In this document: in pieces, positions 8,103 through 15,924 of the stretch | Layout of the letters: the number at the start of each line of letters is the position of its first letter | Position numbering within the stretch: position 1 is the first letter of the stretch | DNA from: Mycobacterium tuberculosis H37Rv | GTDB taxonomy: Bacteria; Actinomycetota; Actinomycetes; Mycobacteriales; Mycobacteriaceae | Reading direction: 5' to 3' | DNA: 32,000 bases | Assembly (NCBI RefSeq): GCF_000195955.2 | Contig: NC_000962.3 | Span: 840,001 to 872,000, forward strand | Program-made: the position numbers and the translations under genes | Notes under the pieces: generated by a model | What the model saw: the letters and a program-made list of their open reading frames with translations, nothing else | Databases searched by the model: none | What the model was told of the DNA's origin: nothing

Positions 8103-10040
8103 CTAGCGGTGGAAAAAGCCCGACACGAAATCGATCGAATTAAAGCCACCAGAATCCTGCTTTCCAGAGTTCCCGAAACCCGATGTGGCGCTGTTGTTGT
8201 CGGGATTGGCTTCAAGATTACCGAAGCCCGACTGTAGAAAACCCGTATTGCCAAAGCCCGACATGAATCCACTGAACAGGCCGGTTCCCTTGTTCCCGAA
8301 ACCCGATGTTACACTAACCGAATTGTTGTAACCCGTTACCGATTGGCCCGAGTTGGCGAAGCCCGAGATTTGTAAATTACCAACGTTTTGGGCGCCGGAG
8401 TTTCCCCTACCAGAATTATTGAAACCCGAATTTCCACTGCCGGCGTTTCCGAATCCCGAGTTTTCGCCCAGCCCATCGGTAGTATTGCCGAAACCGGTGT
8501 TCAGGTTGCCCGCGTTAAAGCCGCCCGTGTTGATATTGCCAGAATTTGCGAAGCCGGTGTTCGTCAGGCCAGAGTTCAAGAAACCAGAATTAGCGTCTCC
8601 TCCGTTGAAGCTGCCTGAGTTGAATGCACCCGAGTTGAAGCTACCGGTGTTAATGATGCCGCCGTTGAAGTTGCCGGTGTTGAAATCGCCCGCGTTCCCT
8701 ATGCCGGTATTGGCCTGACCTGAGTTGCCAAAGCCAGTGTTGACGCTTAACGCGTTCCCGAAGCCGGTGTTGATAAAGCCGGAGTTTCCGAAGCCGGTGT
8801 TGATGTTGCCTGAGTTGGCTACGCCCGTGTTGGTGACGCCCGAGTTGCCCACGCCGAAGTTGCCGCTGCCCGAGTTGAAGAAGCCGATGTTCCCGGTGCC
8901 CGAGTTACCAAATCCTATATTACCGCTACCGGAATTCAGTCCGCCAAAGCCGATCTGATTGCTGCCGGTTAACCCAATGCCGATATTATTGTTGCCGGTG
9001 TTCCCGAAGCCGAAGTTGTAGCTGCCGCTGTTCCCGAAGCCAACGTTGCCGTCGCCTACGTTTCCCAGACCGATATTTGCGTTGCCCGTGTTACCACCGC
9101 CGAAGTTTCCATTGCCACCGTTGCCAATCCCGACATTCCCATTGCCGGGGGTGGGCACGGCGGGGGAACTCATGTTTGGACCTGCATTTCCGATACCAAT
9201 GTTGGCATTGCCAAAGTTCCCGAAGCCGAAGTTGTTGTCGCCAGAGTTGCCACCCCCGACGTTCGCATTACCGATGTTGCCGCTACCCACGTTAAAGCTG
9301 GACGGTCCGATGCCAACGTTTCCGTTTCCGCTACCCAGGTTGAAGTTGCCGATGTTGCCGCTACCCACGTTGAAGCTGGAAATCTGGCCGTGGAAGGCGC
9401 TTCCGTTTCCGCCGCCAAAGTTGGCGTTACCGAGGTTTCCATTACCCAGGTTGTAATCGCCGGTATTACCATTGCCGACATTGAGGTTGCCGATATTGCC
9501 GACACCCAAATTGATGTTTGGCAACGCCGGCTGCCACGACGCCAGCTGTGCCGCTGCCGCCGAGGATGCGGCATGGTAGCCGGCCATCACCGCCACGTCT
9601 TGTGCCCACATCTGCTCGTAGGTGGATTCCATGGCCGCTATGGCCGGCGCGTTTTGCCCGAACACATTCGACACCGCCAACAACCACGTCCGAACACGAT
9701 TGGCCTGCACCACCGCCGGATGCACCACGCCGGCCAGCGCCTCCTCAAATGCACCCGCCGCCGCCCGAGCCTGCCGCGCTGCCAGCTCGGCCTGGGCTCC
9801 AGCCGCGGTCAACCAGCTCGCATACGGCCCCGCGGCATTCGCCATCGCGGCCGACGCCGGTCCCTGCCAAGCGCCGCCGGCCAACTCCGACGTCACCGAC
9901 CCGAACGACGACGCCGCCGCGTGCAACTCCTCGGCCAACCCGTCCCAGGCCCCCGCCGCCGCCAATAGTGGCCGTGACCCCGCACCCAGATACATCCGTA
10001 GCGAATTGGTCTCCGGAGGCAACCACGCGAAACCGACCAT
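8103..10040 (-). CDS. PPE12: PPE family protein, MPTR subclass
   Basis: 645 aa from the ATG at 10040 ([13 protein letters not shown]...). The PPE domain covers about 175 aa, followed by about 470 aa of NxGxGNxG-type Asn/Gly repeats. Confidence 0.9.
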   Translation of the reverse strand: MVGFAWLPPETNSLRMYLGAGSRPLLAAAGAWDGLAEELHAAASSFGSVTSELAGGAWQGPASAAMANAAGPYASWLTAAGAQAELAARQARAAAGAFEEALAGVVHPAVVQANRVRTWLLAVSNVFGQNAPAIAAMESTYEQMWAQDVAVMAGYHAASSAAAAQLASWQPALPNINLGVGNIGNLNVGNGNTGDYNLGNGNLGNANFGGGNGSAFHGQISSFNVGSGNIGNFNLGSGNGNVGIGPSSFNVGSGNIGNANVGGGNSGDNNFGFGNFGNANIGIGNAGPNMSSPAVPTPGNGNVGIGNGGNGNFGGGNTGNANIGLGNVGDGNVGFGNSGSYNFGFGNTGNNNIGIGLTGSNQIGFGGLNSGSGNIGFGNSGTGNIGFFNSGSGNFGVGNSGVTNTGVANSGNINTGFGNSGFINTGFGNALSVNTGFGNSGQANTGIGNAGDFNTGNFNGGIINTGSFNSGAFNSGSFNGGDANSGFLNSGLTNTGFANSGNINTGGFNAGNLNTGFGNTTDGLGENSGFGNAGSGNSGFNNSGRGNSGAQNVGNLQISGFANSGQSVTGYNNSVSVTSGFGNKGTGLFSGFMSGFGNTGFLQSGFGNLEANPDNNSATSGFGNSGKQDSGGFNSIDFVSGFFHR

Positions 10041-10305
10041 CACGGCCCCCTCACACCATTGACAAACCAGGACGCCTCGAGCCTAACTACACAACGCGAA
10101 GGGATTGGGACTTCTATCGGAATTGCGCCGCGTGCACTGGCCGCCGGCCTTTCCCCGCCAGCCTCGGTGTTTCATGCCGCTTGCCGTGGTCTGCCACCTG
10201 CGAGTTCGCATTTGTGCAGAGTCCCGTCGGGAGTTGTCAAAACTAAAACGGGCGATCTTGATCGCATCGGAAGCGCGAGATTGCGCCCTGAGCTGCGCCT
10301 TCGTG

Positions 10306-10350
10306 GAGCCCCCGGTCAGGATTGAACGGACGACCGCTCGCTTATAAGGC
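10306..10350 (-). repeat. Decayed duplicate of the 3' half of tRNA-Thr (att-like direct repeat)
   Basis: 42/45 nt identical to 10641-10685, in the same orientation. The mismatches disrupt the T-stem and acceptor stem and change the anticodon triplet TGT to TAT. No tRNA 5' half is attached. Confidence 0.75.
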
Positions 10351-10527
10351 TGTTCCGGTACCGATCCTTAAGCCATCGAGGCCCTCGGCCTCATAGCGGG
10401 CCAACCAGGTATGCAGCGTCTGCCGCGACACCCCAACTTTCTCGGCAACCTGCGAGATCGACAACCCGTCGCTGATCACCGCCAACACGGCTTGATACCG
10501 CTGTTCTGCCACACTCAACTCCTTCAT
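10342..10527 (-). pseudogene. Rv0755A: Truncated IS transposase, N-terminal HTH fragment only
   Basis: MKELSVAEQRYQAVLAVISDGLSISQVAEKVGVSRQTLHTWLARYEAEGLDGL is a typical IS481-like HTH N-terminus. After residue 53 it runs into unrelated sequence (RIGTGTAL) and stops inside the tRNA-half repeat. Confidence 0.7.
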
Positions 10528-10536
10528 CGAAGGAGT

Positions 10537-10623
10537 GTCAAGGATCAGCCGAACCAACTGTCAAGCATCAGCCGAAACATCGTCAGGCATCACCCGAACC
10601 CAAAACGTCAAGCATCAGCCGAG
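10537..10623 (-). repeat. Four phased 17-nt direct repeats (probable IS subterminal transposase-binding repeats)
   Basis: The four copies are GTCAAGGATCAGCCGAA (10537), GTCAAGCATCAGCCGAA (10560), GTCAGGCATCACCCGAA (10582) and GTCAAGCATCAGCCGAG (10607). Their spacing is 23, 22 and 25 nt. They lie immediately 5' of the transposase fragment. Confidence 0.6.
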
Positions 10624-10641
10624 GTACTACACGAACGCTTG

Positions 10642-10713
10642 AGCCCCCTGTCAGGATTGAACTGACGACCGCTCGCTTACAAGGCGAGTGCTCTACCACT
10701 GAGCTAAGGAGGC
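10642..10713 (-). tRNA. thrV: tRNA-Thr (anticodon UGU), no encoded CCA
   Basis: Hand-folded cloverleaf of 72 nt on the minus strand. Acceptor stem GCCUCCU/AGGGGGC; D arm GCUC-AGUGGUA-GAGC; anticodon arm CUCGC-CUUGUAA-GCGAG; T arm GUCAG-UUCAAUC-CUGAC; discriminator U. The symbol is from memory and less certain than the call. Confidence 0.9.
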
Positions 10714-10740
10714 CGATGAAATCGCTGTGAGTCTAGCCGC

Positions 10741-11466
10741 TCACTCGCTGTCGACGACGCGTTGCGAACGCACCGACCGCGACGACGAGCGGCGCGCGGG
10801 ACGGCGCCCGGGCAGTGGAATGCGCTCGGCGATGCTGCTCAGCGGGTTGACCACCATGGTAAGTGCGATCACAGCGTCTTGCAGCGTCGCGATGGCCGGC
10901 TCGAGCGCCTCCATCCCGGGTGTCAGCCGCGCCAACGTGTCGGCGACGTCGGCGAGCTGTTCGAGCGGTCCGTCCTTGGCCGTTATCTTGTCGATCAGTC
11001 CGCCTTCGGCCAGCAGCCGGTCGGCCAGCCCGTCTTCGGAGAGCACCCGCTCGATAAGTCCGTCCTCGGCGAGCAGCTGGTCGGCCAGTCCGCCCGGTTG
11101 CAGCGCGCGCTGCATGGCGCCGCCTTCAGCGGTCAGGCGGTCGAGTAAGCCGCCGGGCTGGGTCAGCAGGTCGACCACCCCGCCGGGCCGCAGCATCCGG
11201 TCCATCGGCCCGTTGGGCGCGATGGCGCGTCCCAGCGGCATATCGTCGTCCAATAGCCTGGCCAGCCGGTTGGCGCGGGCAATCGTGTCATCGATTCCCA
11301 GCATGTTGGCCATTGAGGTCGACCCGCTTGCGCCGCCGGCATCACCCAACGCTTGTTTGGCCATGTCAACCGCCGCGCCGGCCATGTTCAAACCGGTGTC
11401 GGCGGCGGCGAGCCCCGCTCGTGCGGGCCAGGTCGCAATACCCACGAGGGTTTGGCCGAGGTTCAT
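10741..11466 (-). CDS. Rv0756c: Conserved hypothetical protein with nine tandem 9-11 aa (P/D/E)GGLxDRLLAE-like repeats
   Basis: 241-aa ORF. The repeats cover aa 84-174 (nt about 10945-11217). It has a hydrophobic segment and an Arg/Ser-rich tail. It is divergent from phoP. Confidence 0.8.
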   Translation of the reverse strand: MNLGQTLVGIATWPARAGLAAADTGLNMAGAAVDMAKQALGDAGGASGSTSMANMLGIDDTIARANRLARLLDDDMPLGRAIAPNGPMDRMLRPGGVVDLLTQPGGLLDRLTAEGGAMQRALQPGGLADQLLAEDGLIERVLSEDGLADRLLAEGGLIDKITAKDGPLEQLADVADTLARLTPGMEALEPAIATLQDAVIALTMVVNPLSSIAERIPLPGRRPARRSSSRSVRSQRVVDSE

Positions 11467-11522
11467 TCTGCGAGTGTATTCACGGCGCGCCGTGGATTGA
11501 GCGGCAACGGTCCAAGCTGATT

Positions 11523-11563
11523 TGGCGATTCCTGGCAGACTGTTAGCAGACTACTGGCAACGA
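11523..11563 (+). promoter_or_regulatory. Phased direct repeats in the phoP upstream region (candidate PhoP boxes)
   Basis: The units are TGGCGATTC (11523), TGGCAGACT (11533), TAGCAGACT (11544) and TGGCAACGA (11555), spaced 10-11 bp apart. This geometry is typical of OmpR/PhoB-family tandem binding. PhoP autoregulation through direct repeats in its own promoter has been reported, but I have not verified that these units are the same sites. Confidence 0.45.
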
Positions 11564-11607
11564 GCTTTCAGGAATTACACAATGACTGTGAAGGTAACGT
11601 TCAACCA

Positions 11608-12351
11608 ATGCGGAAAGGGGTTGATCTCGTGACGGCGGGAACCCCAGGCGAAAACACCACACCGGAGGCTCGTGTCCTCGTGGTCGATGATGAGGCCAAC
11701 ATCGTTGAACTGCTGTCGGTGAGCCTCAAGTTCCAGGGCTTTGAAGTCTACACCGCGACCAACGGGGCACAGGCGCTGGATCGGGCCCGGGAAACCCGGC
11801 CGGACGCGGTGATCCTCGATGTGATGATGCCCGGGATGGACGGCTTTGGGGTGCTGCGCCGGCTGCGCGCCGACGGCATCGATGCCCCGGCGTTGTTCCT
11901 GACGGCCCGTGACTCGCTACAGGACAAGATCGCGGGTCTGACCCTGGGTGGTGACGACTATGTGACAAAGCCCTTCAGTTTGGAGGAGGTCGTGGCCAGG
12001 CTGCGGGTCATCCTGCGACGCGCGGGCAAGGGCAACAAGGAACCACGTAATGTTCGACTGACGTTCGCCGATATCGAGCTCGACGAGGAGACCCACGAAG
12101 TGTGGAAGGCGGGCCAACCGGTGTCGCTGTCGCCCACCGAATTCACCCTGCTGCGCTATTTCGTGATCAACGCGGGCACCGTGCTGAGCAAGCCTAAGAT
12201 TCTCGACCACGTTTGGCGCTACGACTTCGGTGGTGATGTCAACGTCGTCGAGTCCTACGTGTCGTATCTGCGCCGCAAGATCGACACTGGGGAGAAGCGG
12301 CTGCTGCACACGCTGCGCGGGGTGGGCTACGTACTGCGGGAGCCTCGATGA
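11608..12351 (+). CDS. phoP: OmpR/PhoB-family response regulator PhoP
   Basis: 247 aa with a receiver domain (VLVVDDEANI...ILDVMMPGMDG) and a winged-helix output domain. An in-frame alternative GTG lies at 11629. Confidence 0.95.
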   Translation: MRKGVDLVTAGTPGENTTPEARVLVVDDEANIVELLSVSLKFQGFEVYTATNGAQALDRARETRPDAVILDVMMPGMDGFGVLRRLRADGIDAPALFLTARDSLQDKIAGLTLGGDDYVTKPFSLEEVVARLRVILRRAGKGNKEPRNVRLTFADIELDEETHEVWKAGQPVSLSPTEFTLLRYFVINAGTVLSKPKILDHVWRYDFGGDVNVVESYVSYLRRKIDTGEKRLLHTLRGVGYVLREPR

Positions 12352-12395
12352 GTCTTGGTAGTTAATCGGATCGGCAGCCCGAGGAGAACGCGGCA

Positions 12396-13853
12396 ATGGC
12401 CAGACACCTTCGAGGAAGGCTGCCCCTACGGGTACGCCTGGTCGCAGCCACGCTGATCCTGGTGGCCACTGGACTTGTGGCCTCGGGGATCGCGGTCACC
12501 TCGATGTTGCAGCACCGGCTGACCAGCCGGATCGATCGGGTGTTGCTCGAGGAAGCCCAAATCTGGGCGCAGATCACGCTGCCCTTGGCGCCGGACCCCT
12601 ACCCTGGTCATAACCCCGATCGGCCGCCGTCGAGGTTCTACGTTCGGGTGATCAGCCCCGACGGCCAGAGCTATACGGCACTCAACGACAACACTGCCAT
12701 ACCGGCGGTGCCCGCCAACAATGATGTCGGCCGGCACCCGACGACGCTGCCATCGATCGGCGGATCCAAGACTTTATGGCGCGCGGTCTCGGTGCGCGCG
12801 TCGGATGGCTACTTGACCACCGTCGCCATTGATCTGGCCGACGTCCGGAGCACCGTGCGGTCACTGGTGCTGTTGCAGGTCGGCATAGGCAGTGCGGTGC
12901 TGGTTGTCCCCGGGGTGGCGGGCTACGCTGTGGTTCGCCGCAGCCTGCGGCCGCTGGCAGAATTCGAGCAGACGGCCGCGGCGATCGGCGCGGGGCAGCT
13001 GGATCGCCGGGTCCCGCAGTGGCATCCGCGAACTGAGGTCGGCCGGCTTTCGTTGGCGCTCAACGGAATGCTGGCACAAATTCAGCGGGCGGTGGCGTCC
13101 GCGGAATCTTCCGCCGAAAAGGCCCGGGATTCAGAGGACCGGATGCGACAGTTCATCACCGACGCCAGCCATGAACTGCGTACCCCGTTGACCACTATCC
13201 GCGGCTTCGCGGAGCTGTACCGACAAGGAGCCGCCCGCGACGTGGGCATGCTGCTGTCGCGGATTGAGAGCGAAGCGAGCCGGATGGGGCTGCTGGTGGA
13301 CGATTTGCTGCTGCTTGCCCGGCTAGATGCGCACCGGCCGTTGGAACTGTGCCGGGTGGACCTGCTGGCGCTGGCCAGTGATGCCGCGCACGACGCGCGG
13401 GCGATGGACCCCAAACGCAGGATCACCCTGGAGGTCCTTGACGGCCCCGGCACCCCGGAGGTCCTCGGCGACGAATCGCGGCTTCGGCAGGTGCTGCGCA
13501 ATCTCGTTGCAAATGCCATACAGCACACCCCGGAAAGCGCCGACGTCACCGTGCGAGTCGGCACCGAGGGCGACGACGCCATCCTCGAGGTCGCCGATGA
13601 CGGTCCGGGCATGAGTCAGGAGGATGCGCTGCGGGTGTTCGAGCGGTTCTATCGCGCCGACTCGTCGCGGGCGCGCGCCAGCGGCGGGACCGGACTGGGG
13701 TTGTCGATCGTCGACTCTTTGGTGGCGGCCCATGGCGGAGCGGTCACCGTGACGACCGCGCTCGGGGAGGGTTGCTGCTTTCGTGTCTCGCTGCCGCGCG
13801 TCAGTGACGTGGACCAGCTGAGCCTCACGCCAGTTGTGCCAGGGCCGCCCTGA
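12396..13853 (+). CDS. phoR: Sensor histidine kinase PhoR
   Basis: 485 aa with two hydrophobic segments, the H-box SHELRTPLT, and the G boxes DDGPGM and [10 protein letters not shown]. The SD sequence GAGGAG is at 12381-12386. Confidence 0.95.
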
Positions 13854-14226
13854 TCTTGGCCTGCGCTTCGTCCAGCGATCCCGGTGAGGGGTTGCGGTCG
13901 ACGTTGGCAAAGCCGAAATCACTGAGGCTGCGGGTGGGAAACACGTGGATGTGTAGGTGGGGCACTTCCAGCCCGGCAATGATCATCCCGGCGCGTTGGG
14001 TTGAAAACGCCCGGCACACGGCCTTGCCGATCAGCTGGCTCACCGACATGACGCGGCCAAATAACGCGGGATCCACGTTTTGCCAGTGGTCGATTTCGGC
14101 GCGTGGCACCACCAAGGTGTGGCCTTGCGTCATCGGCTCAATCGTCAAGAACGCCACGACGTCGTCGTCCTCGTAGACGAAACGGCCGGGCAGTTCACGG
14201 TTGATGATCTTGGTGAAGATCGACAC
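13825..14226 (-). CDS. Rv0759c: HIT (histidine triad) family nucleotide hydrolase/transferase
   Basis: 133 aa with a GTG start and the HxHxHxx motif in [10 protein letters not shown]. Its 3' end overlaps the phoR 3' end by 29 nt. Confidence 0.9.
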
Positions 14227-14252
14227 CCGTTGAGCATATGACGTCGCAACGG

Positions 14253-14261
14253 CCCCCCCCC
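14253..14261. repeat. C9/G9 homopolymer tract
   Basis: Nine consecutive C on the plus strand (G9 on the coding strand of the flanking genes). The tract sits in the 40-nt spacer between the Rv0760c stop (14267) and the Rv0759c GTG (14226). Confidence 0.95.
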
Positions 14262-14266
14262 AGGTT

Positions 14267-14686
14267 TCATTCCTGGTTACCGAAGGTCATCATGTCGAGG
14301 TTCCAGTACCCACGCATGTTGGTGATCAAACCGGCCTTATTCACCCGGTAGGTGAACACGCCGCGGACCTCACTGGTAAAGCCGCCGTCAAACTCGCTGT
14401 GCAACACCAGAATGTGGGCGATCTCGTCCGGTGAGCTGGACGGGAACGTCTCCTCGCAGGTGACCGTCAACCGATTGGCCGCAATGTGTGTGTCGAAGAA
14501 GGCGCCGACGGCCTCCTTACCTTTGATGCCGCTGCCATCGGGATTGGTGACGGACTTGCCGATCGGATCCTCGATGACGACGTCGTCGGCCATCAGCGCC
14601 AGCCAGCCCTCCCGGTCGTGGGCTTGGACGCACCGCCACGACGACTGCGACGCGATCAGGGCCGGGGATTGGGTCGTTTGGGTCAT
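14267..14686 (-). CDS. Rv0760c: NTF2/SnoaL-like (ketosteroid-isomerase-like) protein
   Basis: 139 aa. Size and sequence pattern fit the NTF2-like fold. The SD sequence GGAG lies in the 12-nt gap after adhB. Confidence 0.75.
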   Translation of the reverse strand: MTQTTQSPALIASQSSWRCVQAHDREGWLALMADDVVIEDPIGKSVTNPDGSGIKGKEAVGAFFDTHIAANRLTVTCEETFPSSSPDEIAHILVLHSEFDGGFTSEVRGVFTYRVNKAGLITNMRGYWNLDMMTFGNQE

Positions 14687-14698
14687 GGCTATCTCCGG

Positions 14699-15826
14699 CT
14701 AGCGGTCGTCGTCCGTGTACCGGATCACGCCGCGAATGTTCTTGCCGTTCAGCATGTCCTGGTATCCGTCGTTGATCTGCTCCAGCTTGTACGCAGTGGT
14801 CACCATGTCGTCGAGGTTGAGTTTGCCGGCCTTATACATCGACAACAGCTTCGGAATGTCGTAGTGCGGGTTGCCGCCGCCGAAGATGGTGCCCTGGATG
14901 TTCTTTTGCAGCAGGGTCAACATCGCGAGGTTCAGCGTCACCTGGGTGTCGACCAGGCTGCCGATGGCCGTCAGCACGCAGGTGCCGCCCTTGGCCGTGA
15001 TGGTCAGATAGCTGTCGACGTCGGCGCCATCGAGCTTGCCGACGGTGATGATCACCTTCTGCGCCATCAGGCCGTAGGTGACCTCGGCAATGCCCATCAG
15101 CGCGGCGTTGATGTCCGGGTAGACGTGGGTGGCACCGAATTTCAGAGCCTGATCACGTTTCCATTCCACCGGCTCCACCGCGAAGACGTAGCGGGCGCCC
15201 GCGCTGACCGCGCCCTGCAACGCCGCCATGCCGACCCCACCCAAGCCGACGATGGCCACGTCGTCGCCCGGCCGGACGTCGGCCGTGCGGACCGCCGAAC
15301 CATAGCCGGTGGTGACGCCGCAACCAACCAGGCAGGCGACTTCGAAGGGCACCGACGGGTCGATCTTCACCACCGAGCTGCGGTGCACCACCATGTACGG
15401 TGAAAACGTTCCGAGCAGGGTCATCGGGTAGACGTTCTGGCCGCGAGCCTGAATCCGGAAGGAGCCGTCCGTCACAGATTCCCCGGCGAGCAGCCCCGCC
15501 CCCAGGTCGCACAGATTCCGCATTCCAGCCTGGCAGGACGGACACTTGCCGCAGGACGGGATGAATGCCAACACCACGTGATCGCCCGGGGCGAAGTCGT
15601 CGACTCCCGGGCCGACCTCGGTGACGATGCCCGCGCCCTCGTGTCCGCCCAGAACGGGAAAGCCCGCCATCGGGATGTCGCCCGTCACCAGGTGATGGTC
15701 GGAGCGGCACATCCCAGCCGCTTCCATCTGGATCTTGACTTCGTCCTTGCGCGGGTCGCCGATTTCGATCTCTTCGACGGACCATGGCTGGTTGAACTCC
15801 CAGATCAGTGCGCCCTTGGTCTTCAC
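14699..15826 (-). CDS. adhB: Zinc-dependent alcohol dehydrogenase
   Basis: 375 aa with catalytic Zn ligands (CRSDHH, GHEGAG), a structural Zn Cys cluster (CGKCPSCQAGMRNLC) and the NAD-binding motif GLGGVG. Confidence 0.9.
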   Translation of the reverse strand: MKTKGALIWEFNQPWSVEEIEIGDPRKDEVKIQMEAAGMCRSDHHLVTGDIPMAGFPVLGGHEGAGIVTEVGPGVDDFAPGDHVVLAFIPSCGKCPSCQAGMRNLCDLGAGLLAGESVTDGSFRIQARGQNVYPMTLLGTFSPYMVVHRSSVVKIDPSVPFEVACLVGCGVTTGYGSAVRTADVRPGDDVAIVGLGGVGMAALQGAVSAGARYVFAVEPVEWKRDQALKFGATHVYPDINAALMGIAEVTYGLMAQKVIITVGKLDGADVDSYLTITAKGGTCVLTAIGSLVDTQVTLNLAMLTLLQKNIQGTIFGGGNPHYDIPKLLSMYKAGKLNLDDMVTTAYKLEQINDGYQDMLNGKNIRGVIRYTDDDR

Positions 15827-15924
15827 CGCAAACCTGCTTTCATCGTTGAACTTCGGCTACGAGTGGTCCCTAGCCTCGGCCGGAACGCCGACTGGCTGAG
15901 TGTAGGTCAACGGCGCTAGGGCGT

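Noticed and set aside
8103-9520. Possibility that the periodic PGRS/MPTR repeats are a CRISPR-like array
   Set aside because: The repeats are short, degenerate, in frame and contiguous, with no unique spacers. They are coding repeats.
8353-9968. Several plus-strand ORFs (8353..8718, 8725..8958, 9046..9456, 9390..9968) opposite PPE12
   Set aside because: They are mirror images of the MPTR repeat (the P-E-F-P-K-P periodicity is the complement of N-x-G-x-G codons). There is no independent start or RBS evidence.
10255-10305. tRNA-like fragment next to the tRNA-half repeat (minus strand GCGC-AGCTCAGG-GCGC, then TCGCG-CTTCCGA-TGCGA resembling D and anticodon arms of a tRNA-Gly(UCC))
   Set aside because: No acceptor stem or T arm can be folded, and the downstream sequence is unrelated. 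It is probably chance resemblance or, at most, an unrecognisable relic. tRNAscan-SE or Infernal would decide.
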